From: Eledone cirrhosa
Taxonomy: Eukaryota
Assembly (NCBI GenBank): GCA_964016885.1
Contig: OZ024741.1
Span: 13,640,001-13,704,000 of the forward strand
Direction of reading: 5' to 3'
Length of the DNA stretch: 64,000 nucleotides
In this document: positions 1 through 9,141 of the stretch, piece by piece
How positions within the stretch are numbered: the first letter of the stretch is position 1
Layout: every line of letters starts with the position of its first letter
Program-made: the position numbers and the translations under genes
Notes under the pieces: model-generated
The model's database searches: none
Seen by the model: only the letters and a program-made list of their open reading frames with translations
Told to the model about the DNA's origin: nothing

Positions 1-1530
1 TGTATTACACTATAGTTTGAAACAGTGTAGAAGTGTAAAACAACAGTGTTTTGTATTACACTATAGTTTCAAACAGTGTAGAAGTGTAAAACAACAGTGT
101 TTTGTATTACACTATAGTTTGAAACAGTGTAGAAGTGTAAAACAACAGTGTTTTGTATTACACTATAGTTTGAAACAGTGTAGAAGTGTAAAACAACAGT
201 GTTTTGTATTACACTATAGTTTGAAACAGTGTAGAAGTGTAAAACAACAGTGTTTTGTATTACACTATAGTTTGAAACAGTGTAGAAGTGTAAAACAACA
301 GTGTTTTGTATTACACTATAGTTTGAAACAGTGTAGAAGTGTAAAACAACAGTGTTTTGTATTACACTATAGTTTCAAACAGTGTAGAAGTGTAAAACAA
401 CAGTGTTTTGTATTACACTATAGTTTGAAACAGTGTAGAAGTGTAAAACAACAGTGTTTTGTATTACACTATAGTTTCAAACAGTGTAGAAGTGTAAAAC
501 AACAGTGTTTTGTATTACACTATAGTTTGAAACAGTGTAGAAGTGTAAAACAACAGTGTTTTGTATTACACTATAGTTTGAAACAGTGTAGAAGTGTAAA
601 ACAACAGTGTTTTGTATTACACTTCTAGTTTGAAACAGTATAGAAGTGTAAAACAACAGTGTTTTGTATTACACTATAGTTTCAAACAGTGTAGAAGTGT
701 AAAACAACAGTGTTTTGTATTACACTATAGTTTCAAACAGTGTAGAAGTTTAAAACAACAGTGTTTTGTATTACACTATACTTTGAAACAGTATAGACGT
801 GTAAAACAACAGTGTTTTGTATTACATTATAGTTTGAAACAGTATAGAAGTGTAAAACAACAGTGTTTTGTATTACACTATAGTTTCAAACAGTGTAGAA
901 GTGTAAAACAACAGTGTTTTGTATTACACTATAGTTTGAAACAGTGTAGAAGTGTAAAACAACAGTGTTTTGTATTACACTATAGTTTGAAACAGTGTAG
1001 AAGTGTAAAACAACAGTGTTTTGTATTACACTATAGTTTGAAACAGTATAGAAGTGTAAAACAACAGTGTTTTGTATTACACTATAGTTTCAAACAGTGT
1101 AGAAGTGTAAAACAACAGTGTTTTGTATTACACTATAGTTTGAAACAGTATAGAAGTGTAAAACAACAGTGTTTTGTATTACACTATAGTTTCAAACAGT
1201 GTAGAAGTGTAAAACAACAGTGTTTTGTATTACACTATAGTTTCAAACAGTGTAGAAGTGTAAAACAATAATGTTTTGTATTACACTATAGTTTCAAACA
1301 GTGTAGAAGTGTAAAACAACAGTGTTTTGTATTACACTATAGTTTCAAACAGTGTAGAAGTGTAAAACAACAGTGTTTTATATTACACTATAGTTTGAAA
1401 CAGTGCAGAAGTGTAAAACAATAATGTTTTGTATTACACTATAGTTTGAAACAGTGTAGAAGTGTAAAACAACAGTGTTTTGTATTACACTATAGTTTCA
1501 AACAGTATAGAAGTGTAAAACAAGTGTTTT
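1..1530. repeat. 51-bp minisatellite, about 30 copies, continuing off the left edge
   Basis: Unit TGTATTACACTATAGTTT(G/C)AAACAGTGTAGAAGTGTAAAACAACAGTGTTT repeats with near-identity and ends at ...AAAACAAGTGTTTT near 1530. The 17-aa repeat ORFs (17..628, 612..1271) merely reflect the 51-bp period. Confidence 0.97.
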
Positions 1531-1569
1531 GAAGGGTTACAGCTATATAAAAAGGACATTAAATGGTAA

Positions 1570-1745
1570 GACACACACGCCTACACCCACACTCATACCT
1601 ACTCACACAGATGCACTTTGCACACAGACACCTACACACTTAGATTTATCAGATACACAGACACATTTACATACACACTTAGGTATATCACCTACACATA
1701 CATACATCACCTACATACACATACATACATCACCTAGATACACAC
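1570..1745. repeat. Degenerate (CA)/(CATA)-rich low-complexity tract
   Basis: Runs of acacac, acatac and acagac interrupted by substitutions. Confidence 0.7.
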
Positions 1746-1837
1746 TAAAGTATATCAAATCCTCTTTTACTCAGGCCTCTATAACATTGTATACTACATC
1801 TAATGACTATATATGGTTGTCAGTGTTTCATTTGATG

Positions 1838-4800
1838 ATGAGGATGATAATGCTGGTGGTGGTGGTGATGTTAGTGTTAGTGTTGGTGGTGGTGATGTTT
1901 GTGTTAGTGTTGGTGGTGGTGGTGGTGGTGATGTTAGTGGTGGTGGTGGTGGTGGTGATGTTAGTGGTGGTGGTGGTGGTGATGTTAGTGTTGGTGGTGG
2001 TGGTGATATTATTGTTGGTGGTGGTGGTGATATTATTGTTGATGGAGGTGATGTTAGTGTTGGTGGTGGTGGTGATGATAGTGGTGGTGGTGGTGGTAGT
2101 GTTGGTGGTGGTGGTGATGTTAGTGTTGGTGGTGATGTTAGTGTTGGTGGTGGTGGTGATATTGTTGGTGGTGGTGATGTTAGTGGTGGTGGTGGTGATG
2201 TTAGTGGTGGTGGTGGTGGTGATGATGTTAGTGGTGGTGGTGGTGGTGATGTTAGTGTTGGTGGTGGTGGTGATATTATTGTTGGTGGTGGTGGTGATAT
2301 TATTGTTGATGGAGGTGATGTTAGTGTTGGTGGTGGTGGTGATGATAGTGGTGGTGGTGGTGGTAGTGTTGGTGGTGGTGGTGATGTTAGTGTTGGTGGT
2401 GATGTTAGTGTTGGTGGTGGTGGTGGTGATATTGTTGGTGGTGGTTATGTTAGTGTTGGTGGAGGTGATGTTAGTGTTGGTGGTGGTGGTGATGATAGTG
2501 GTGGTGGTGGTGGTGTTGTTAGTGTTGGTGGTGGTGGTGATGTTAGTGTTGGTGGTGGTGGTGTTGTTAGTGTTGGTGGTGGTGGTGATGTTAGTGTTGG
2601 TGGTGGTGGTGGTGGTGATGTTAGTGTTGGTGGTGGTGGTGGTGGTGGTGATGTTAGTGTTGGTGGTGGTGGTGGTGTTAGTGTTGGTGGTGGTGGTGTT
2701 AGTGTTGGTGGTGGTGGTGTTGTTAGTGTTGGTGGTGGTGGTGTTAGTGTTGGTGGTGGTGGTGTTGTTAGTGTTGGTGGTGGTGGTGTTGTTAGTGTTG
2801 GTGGTGGTGGTGGTGTTAGTGTTGGTGGTGGTGGTGTTGTTAGTGTTGGTGGTGGTGGTGTTGTTAGTGTTGGTGGTGGTGGTGTTGTTAGTGTTGGTGG
2901 TGGTGGTGTTAGTGTTGGTGTTGGTGGTGGTGGTGATGTTAGTGTTGGTGGTGGTGGTGTTGTTAGTGTTGGTGGTGGTGGTGTTGTTAGTGTTGGTGGT
3001 GGTGGTGATGTTAGTGTTGGTGGTGGTGGTGGTGTTAGTGTTGGTGGTGTTAGTGTTGGTGGTGGTGGTGTTGTTAGTGTTGGTAGTGGTGGTGATGATA
3101 GTGTTGGTGGTGGTGGTGGTGGTGATGTTAGTGTTGGTGGTGGTGGTGGTGGTGATGTTAGTGTTGGTGGTGGTGGTGGTGTTAGTGTTGGTGGTGGTGG
3201 TGTTAGTGTTGGTGGTGGTGGTGTTGTTAGTGTTGGTGGTGGTGGTTATATTATTGTTGTTGGTGGTGGTGGTGTTGGTGGTGGTGGTGTTAGTGTTGGT
3301 GGTGGTGGTGTTGTTATTGTTGGTGGTGGTGGTGTTAGTGTTGGTGGTGGTGGTGTTAGTGTTGGTGGTGGTGGTGTTGTTATTGTTGGTGGTGGTGGTG
3401 GTGTTAGTGTTGGTGGTGGTGGTGTTGTTAGTTTTGGTGTTAGTGTTGGTGGTGGTGGTGTTAGTGTTGTTATTGTTGGTGGTGGTGGTGATATTATTGT
3501 TGGTGGTGGTGGTGGTGTTAGTGTTGGTGGTGGTGGTGGTGGTGTTAGTGTTGGTGGTGGTGGTGTTGTTATTGTTGGTGGTGGTGGTGATATTATTGTT
3601 GGTGGTGGTGGTGTTAGTGTTGGTGGTGGTGGTGTTAGTGTTGGTGGTGGTGGTGGTGTTAGTGTTGGTGGTGGTGGTGATATTATTGTTGGTGGTGGTG
3701 GTGTTAGTGTTGGTGGTGGTGGTGTTAGTGTTGGTGGTGGTGGTGTTGTTAGTGTTGGTGGTGGTGGTGGTGTTATTGTTGGTGGTGGTGGTGTTGTTAT
3801 TGTTGGTGGTGGTGGTGTTAGTGTTGGTGGTGGTGGTGTTAGTGTTGGTGGTGGTGGTGGTGTTAGTGTTGGTGGTGGTGGTGTTAGTGTTGGTGGTGGT
3901 GGTGTTGTTAGTGTTGGTGGTGGTGTTGTTAGTGTTGGTGGTGGTGGTGTTGTTAGTGTTGGTGGTGGTGGTGTTGTTAGTGTTGGTGGTGGTGGTGGTG
4001 ATGATAGTGGTGGTGGTGGTGGTGATATTATTGTTGGTGGTGGTGTTGTTAGTGTTGGTGGTGGTGGTGTTGTTAGTGTTGGTGGTGGTGGTGTTGTTAG
4101 TGTTGGTGGTGGTGGTGGTGATGATAGTGGTGGTGGTGGTGGTGTTGTTAGTGTTGGTGGTGGTGGTGTTAGTGTTGGTGGTGGTGGTGATGATAGTGGT
4201 GGTGGTGGTGGTGATATTATTGTTGGTGGTGGTGGTGTTAGTGTTGGTGGTGGTGGTGTTGTTAGTGTTGGTGGTGGTGGTGGTGTTAGTGTTGGTGGTG
4301 GTGGTGTTGTTAGTGTTGGTGGTGGTGGTGTTGTTAGTGTTGGTGGTGGTGGTGATATTATTGTTGGTGGTGGTGGTGATGATAGTGGTGGTGGTGGTGG
4401 TGTTAGTGGTGGTGGTGGTGGTGTTGTTATTGTTGGTGGTGGTGGTGTTGTTAGTGTTGGTGGTGGTGGTGTTGTTATTGTTGGTGGTGGTGGTGTTGTT
4501 AGTGTTGGTAGTGGTGGTGATGATAGTGTTGGTGGTGGTGGTGTTGTTATTGTTGGTGGTGGTGTTGTTATTGTTGGTGGTGGTGGTGTTGTTAGTGTTG
4601 GTGGTGGTGGTGTTGTTATTGTTGGTGGTGGTGGTGTTGTTAGTGTTGGTGGTGGTGGTGTTGTCAGTGTTGGTGGTGGTGGTGTTGTTAGTGTTGGTGG
4701 TGGTGGTGGTGTTAGTGTTGGTGGTGGTGGTGTTAGTGTTGGTGGTGGTGGTGTTGTTAGTGTTGGTAGTGGTGGTGATGATAGTGTTGGTGGTGGTGGT

Positions 4801-5934
4801 GGTGGTGGTGTTGTTATTGTTAGTGGTGGTGGTGTTGTTAGTGTTGGTGGTGGTGGTGTTGTTATTGTTGGTGGTGGTGGTGTTGTTAGTGTTGGTAGTG
4901 GTGGTGATGATAGTGTTGGTGGTGGTGGTGTTGTTAGTGTTGGTAGTGGTGGTGATGATAGTGTTGGTGGTGGTGGTGTTGTTAGTGTTGGTGGTGGTGG
5001 TGGTGTTAGTGTTGGTGGTGGTGGTGTTGTTAGTGTTGGTGGTGGTGGTGTTGTTAGTGGTGGTGGTGGTGGTGATATTATTGTTGGTGGTGGTGGTGAT
5101 GATATTGGTGGTGGTGGTGGTGTTAGTGGTGGTGGTGGTGGTGTTGTTATTGTTGGTGGTGGTGGTGTTGTTAGTGTTGGTGGTGGTGGTGTTGTTATTG
5201 TTGGTGGTGGTGGTGTTGTTAGTGTTGGTGGTGGTGGTGTTGTTATTGTTGGTGGTGGTGGTGTTGTTAGTGTTGGTGGTGGTGGTGTTGTTATTGTTGG
5301 TGGTGGTGGTGTTGTTAGTGTTGGTAGTGGTGGTGTTAGTGTTGGTGGTGGTGGTGTTGTTAGTGTTGGTGGTGGTGGTGATGTTAGTGTTGGTGGTGGT
5401 GGTGGTGGTGATGATAGTGTTGGTGGTGGTGGTGGTGTTAGTGTTGGTGGTGGTGGTGGTGTTAGTGTTGGTGGTGGTGGTGGTGGTGATGATAGTGTTG
5501 GTGGTGGTGGTGGTGTTAGTGTTGGTGGTGGTGGTGGTGGTGTTGTTAGTGTTGGTGGTGGTGGTGATGTTAGTGTTGGTGGTGGTGGTGGTGGTGATGA
5601 TAGTGTTGGTGGTGGTGTTAGTGTTGGTGGTGGTGGTGGTGTTAGTGTTGGTGTTGGTGGTGATATTATTGTTGATGGAGGTGATGTTAGTGTTGGTGGT
5701 GGTGGTGTTAGTGGTGGTGGTGGTGGTGGTGGTGGTGATGTTAGTGGTGGTGGTGGTGGTGATGTTAGTGTTGGTGGTGGTGGTGGTGGTGGTGGTGGTG
5801 GTGGTGGTGGTGGTGGTGGTGATGTTAGTGTTGGTGGAGGTGATCTTAGTGTTGGTGGTGGTGGTGAAGTTAGTGTTGGTGTTGGTGGTGATGTTAGTGT
5901 TGGTGGTGGTGGTGGTGGTGGTGATGTTAGTGTT
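1838..5934. repeat. Compound (GGT)n-derived triplet array of about 4.1 kb
   Basis: Built almost entirely from the triplets GGT/GTT/GAT/AGT/ATT in modules such as (GGT)3-5 GTT GTT AGT GTT. A 267-bp internal duplication is marked by GATGGAGG at 2041 and 2308. Confidence 0.95.
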
Positions 5935-6403
5935 GATGGTGTTGTTGGAGTTAAAGTTGGTGGTGGTGTGGTGTATTGTTGATGGTGTTGTTGGAGTTAA
6001 TGTTGATGGTGGTGTGGTGTTGTGTTGATGGTGTTGTTGGAGTTAATGTTGATGGTGGTGTGGTGTTGTGTTGATGGTGTTGTTGGAGTTAATGTTGATG
6101 GTGGTGTGGTGTTGTGTTGATGGTGTTGTTGGAGTTAATGTTGATGGTGGTGTGGTGTTGTGTTGATGGTGTTGTTGGAGTTAATGTTGGTGGTGGTGTG
6201 GTGTTGTGTTGATGGTGTTGTTGGAGTTAAAGTTGATGGTGGTGTTGTGATGTGTTGATGGTGTTGTTGGAGTTAATGTTGATGATGGTGTGGTGTTGTG
6301 TTGATGGTGTTGTTGGAGTTAACGGTGGTGGTGGTGTGGTGTTGTGTTGATGGTGTTGTTGGAGTTAACGGTGGTGGTCGTGTGGTGTTGTGTTGATGGT
6401 GTT
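5935..6403. repeat. 46-bp minisatellite, about 10 copies
   Basis: Unit GATGGTGTTGTTGGAGTTAATGTTGATGGTGGTGTGGTGTTGTGTT starts at 5935, 5981 and so on up to 6395. It abuts the GGT array and shares its composition. Confidence 0.93.
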
Positions 6404-6461
6404 AGATGCTGAAATCAGAATTATTTTTGGCTGATATTTACAATGGCGTCTCAGTACAAAC

Positions 6462-6540
6462 CACACAGACACATGCATACACAGACACATGCATACACAG
6501 ACACATGCATACACAGACACACATTCACACATACATGCAC
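6462..6540. repeat. CA-rich short tandem repeat (18-bp ACACAGACACATGCATAC, about 3 copies)
   Basis: Read directly from 6462-6520. Confidence 0.75.
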
Positions 6541-6632
6541 TTTCTCACATTCTCTCTCTCACCTTCGTGCTATACAGAATTTTTCTGTCCATAAACTCAG
6601 CTGTTAAAGACACATGGGGCATATATATACAC

Positions 6633-6814
6633 ATAAATGAATATGGATGCAGTAAAACCCTATTAGACTCACCAGAGTAGTCAATACTTGGGGTAGTACA
6701 GTATAGTAATATGAAAGAGATGGGACCCCAATGGCTGAGCTCTTGCCATTTCACCAGCTAGCTCCAGATTAATTCAGTCTGGAACTAGCTGTTGAAATGA
6801 GGTCCTGCCTCTTT

Positions 6815-6816
<2 letters not shown>
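6633..6816 (-). mobile_element. Decayed fold-back element (Penelope-like remnant), same family as 7345-7548
   Basis: Aligns with 7345-7548 (CACCAgAGTAgTCAATACTTGgGGTAGTA...GACCCC...GCTGAGCTC). Imperfect hairpin CATTTCAcCAGCTAGcTCCAGA / TCTGGAaCTAGCTGtTGAAATG. The right arm has a deletion of about 17-18 bp. It ends in (TA)n at 6817. Confidence 0.65.

Positions 6817-6846
<30 letters not shown>
6817..6846. repeat. (TA)n microsatellite separating fold-back elements
   Basis: Pure TA run. Similar runs lie at 7313-7344 and 7546-7570. Confidence 0.95.
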
Positions 6847-6849
<3 letters not shown>

Positions 6850-6918
6850 AAAAAGGGATGAAATCGAAAATGCAACTGAAGTCTTATTTTTAAAAAAAAT
6901 ATATATATTTATTTGGTT

Positions 6919-6956
6919 CCTTTACCGGTTTCGCAGTTCTTCTGCTTTTCAAAAGG
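6919..6956 (-). ncRNA. Putative minimal type I hammerhead ribozyme (U3-A8 core variant)
   Basis: The minus strand reads CCUU-UUGAAAA-GCAG aagaa CUGC-GAAA-C CG G-UA-AAGG. This gives helix I CCUU/AAGG, core UUGAAAA (consensus CUGANGA with C3-G8 changed to U3-A8), 4-bp helix II, GAAA, palindromic helix III ACCGGU and cleavage triplet GUA. Confidence 0.6.
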
Positions 6957-7138
6957 TGAGTTGAGATGGAGGGTCTCTGGTTTTTCTCACATCTGGTTGG
7001 TCTCTAAATGTTACTTGTTTTATATGGAAAAAGTGGCTCGAAAAACCTGGCTTTCGAGCCACTTTTTCCATATAAAACAAGTAACATTTAGAGACCAACC
7101 AGATGTGAGAAAAACCACAGACCCTCCATCTCAACTCA

Positions 7139-7176
7139 CCTTTTGAAAAGCAGAAGAACTGTGAAACCGGTAAAGG
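7139..7176 (+). ncRNA. Putative minimal type I hammerhead ribozyme (mirror copy)
   Basis: CCTT TTGAAAA GCAG AAGAA CTGT GAAA C CG G TA AAGG. Same as the left-arm copy except for a G-U pair at the base of helix II. Confidence 0.55.
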
Positions 7177-7307
7177 AACCAAATAAATATATATATTTTT
7201 AAAAAAAATAAGACTTCAGTTGCATTTTCGATTTCATCCCTTTTTCTTTATACTTCCACTCGTGTAGGACACCTCGGTTATTTTTCATTTTGTAAAAAAA
7301 ACCTCAC

Positions 7308-7344
<37 letters not shown>

Positions 7345-7345
<1 letters not shown>

Positions 7346-7548
7346 CGAATGAGATGTGGTAAGGAACCAGGTGGACCATAACGCACCAAAGTACTCAATA
7401 CTTGAGGTAGTAGAGTGGGTAATAGGAACCAGTAAGACCCCGACAGCTGAGCTCAAGCCGTTTCGACGGCTAATTCTGGACGCATTCTGTCCAGAATTAG
7501 CCGTCGAAACGGCTTGAGCTCAGCTGTCGGGGTCTTACTGGTTCCTAT
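7345..7548 (-). mobile_element. Fold-back element with perfect 60-bp arms and an unpaired tail of about 77 bp, inserted in (TA)n
   Basis: Arms 7422-7481 and 7489-7548 are perfectly complementary around the loop GCATTCT. Each arm contains GAAA-CGGCT-TGAGCTC-AGCTG-TC (hammerhead helix III plus GUC) or its complement. Flanked by (TA)n. Confidence 0.7.
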
Positions 7549-7572
7549 ATATATATATATATATATATATGT

Positions 7573-7705
7573 ATCATCACCATTTTACATCCACTTTCTC
7601 ATGTTTGTATGGGTTGGATATATTTATATATGCATGTGTGGATGTGTGTGTGTATATGCACACACACACACACACACATATATCATCATCATCATTTTAC
7701 GTCCC
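7573..7705 (-). mobile_element. Two short SINE 3'-tail fragments with a (GT)/(CA) microsatellite between them
   Basis: ATCATCACCATTTTACATCC...CATG...GGTT (7573-7617) and ATCATCATCATCATTTTACGTCC (7682-7704) are reverse complements of the SINE tail at 7940-7984. Confidence 0.55.
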
Positions 7706-7748
7706 AATAGTTAATAAATGATTAATAAATAGTTAATAATTAATAAAT

Positions 7749-7984
7749 GTGAAGGCACATGGCTTAGTTGTTAGAGCATTGGGCTTGCAATCGAAAGGTT
7801 GTGAGTTCAATTCTCGGACTGGGTGATGTGTTGTTTCCTTGAGCCACGGAAAAAAGCCCCCACCACTCACTGTAAATGAGGTTGGTGTTAGGAAGGGCAT
7901 CCAGCTGTAGAAATCAAGCCAGAATCAGTTCCCAGTCTAACCCATGCTAGCGTAGAAGAATGGACGTAAAACAGTGATGATGAT
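7749..7984 (+). mobile_element. tRNA-derived SINE (octopus-type)
   Basis: A box TGGCTTAGTTG (7760-7770), B box GAGTTCAATTC (7803-7813), central GTGTTGTTTCCTTGAGC, and tail GGTGTTAGGAAGGGCATCCAGCTGTAGAAA...CCATGCTAGC...GGACGTAAAA ending in (GAT)n. The tail recurs at 8754-8972 and 16120-16364. Confidence 0.85.
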
Positions 7985-8137
7985 ATATACACAACATTGA
8001 TCACTACCTTTGCTATGGCACCTATTTTACTTTATTGGATTAGGCCAGATATCCCATGGTGGAAGTATAGATGTATTATTGTTGTTGTTGAAGTTACCTC
8101 ATATTAATAGAGTCATGTTAGTGGTAGATTGTAATAT

Positions 8138-8427
8138 TTAACCTGTTGCTACCAAACCACCTGAACCCACTCCTAGTTCTATGATACAAAACAGTTTGTT
8201 TTACAGATTTTATATCTATTTCAAACCCTTCATCATAGTTTTATGTAAGGTTCTTTGTTAAGTTATGTTCCAAACACCATTTGAACCCTTTTGCTACCAA
8301 ACCACCTGAAACTACCACTAGTTCTATGATATAAAACAGTTTGTTGTAAAGTATTCATATTAATCTGAAGACCTTCTATCCTGGTTTTATGGAAGAACCT
8401 TTCTTAAGTTATGTTCCAAACACCATC
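8138..8427. repeat. Diverged direct duplication of about 145 bp (probable MITE left part)
   Basis: 8138-8280 and 8281-8427 share TTGCTACCAAACCACCTGAA...CTAGTTCTATGATA.AAAACAGTTTGTT...TTAAGTTATGTTCCAAACACCAT. The element seems to resume after the SINE at about 8650-8755. Confidence 0.75.
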
Positions 8428-8436
8428 TTAGTAATG

Positions 8437-8650
8437 GTTTCTGATTTAGGCACAAGACCAGCAATTTTGGGGTTGGGGTACGTCAGTTAAAATTTAACGT
8501 AGCGCGTGACGGGTACTTTATTTTATCGACCACGTAAGGATGAAAGGCACAGTTAACTTCGGTGGGATTTGAACTCAGAATGTAAAGGGTCGTAACTCTA
8601 TACCATAAAGCACATTGTCTGATGCTCTACTGATACTGTCAATCCATCAG
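8437..8650 (-). mobile_element. tRNA-derived SINE, second family
   Basis: The minus strand has B box GAGTTCAAATCCC followed by GCCTTTCATCCTT...GGTCGATAAAATAAAGTACC, a conserved SINE central block. Bracketed by the target-site-like duplication CTTAGTAATG / CTTAATAATG. Confidence 0.8.
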
Positions 8651-8753
8651 CTTAATAATGAAAAGGTTTATAACATTACTAAACCTCTTCAAATTTTTAA
8701 TTAATAAAATTATTTGAAAAATAATGGTGGTGTCTTTCATTAGAAATAGAGTA

Positions 8754-8972
8754 ATCATCATCGTTCAACGTCCATTTTTCCATGCTAGCATAGGTTAGAC
8801 GAGTTGTCCCGTTTGAAGCAAGTTTGGTCAAGTGACCATGTCTTGATCACACAGAACTGTTTGGGGGTTGGTTTCTATGGCCGGATGCCCTTCCTAACAC
8901 CTACCACATTTACAGTGTGGGCTGGGGGTTTTTTGTTGTGACTCCTACATGACCACTTTACAGTGTGGGTTG
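8754..8972 (-). mobile_element. SINE 3' part, same tail family as 7749-7984
   Basis: (ATC)n, CCATGCTAGCAT, GGATGCCCTTCCTAACACC and a duplicated TTTACAGTGTGGG module. Confidence 0.8.
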
Positions 8973-9141
8973 AAGGCTTCCCTGGACGTATGTTAGAGCC
9001 TGTCCTGAAAGTGTTAATATATATATATCTAGTTGATATAACCATACCATAACTGCACCATATCATCATCATCATCAACATATGTAAGAAAGATATGACT
9101 CTCTACTCCTGTACCTATCTAGGAGTGTAGTGGTTCCAAGT

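Larger units (their letters stand above)
6843..7312 (+). mobile_element. Fold-back Penelope-like element remnant: 410-bp palindrome plus an unpaired tail of about 60 bp, inserted in (TA)n
   Basis: Arms 6843-7043 and 7052-7252 are near-perfect inverted repeats around the 8-nt loop AACCTGGC. Unique tail 7253-7312, (TA)n on both sides, and a hammerhead motif in each arm. Inverted segment, tail and hammerhead are known features of Penelope-like elements. Confidence 0.7.

Noticed and set aside
1838-5934. Telomeric repeat
   Set aside because: It contains TTAG but not TTAGGG or TTAGG arrays.
1529-6028. Poly-Val and Gly-rich giant ORFs
   Set aside because: These are translations of a (GGT)n-derived microsatellite. 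Codons are nearly all NNT and there is no non-repetitive coding context.
6913-7182. Pair of near-identical 77-aa ORFs on opposite strands
   Set aside because: An automatic consequence of the palindrome, with TTG starts and no recognisable domain.
7754-7825. tRNA gene
   Set aside because: A and B boxes are present, but the acceptor stem is not convincing and the sequence continues into SINE body and tail.
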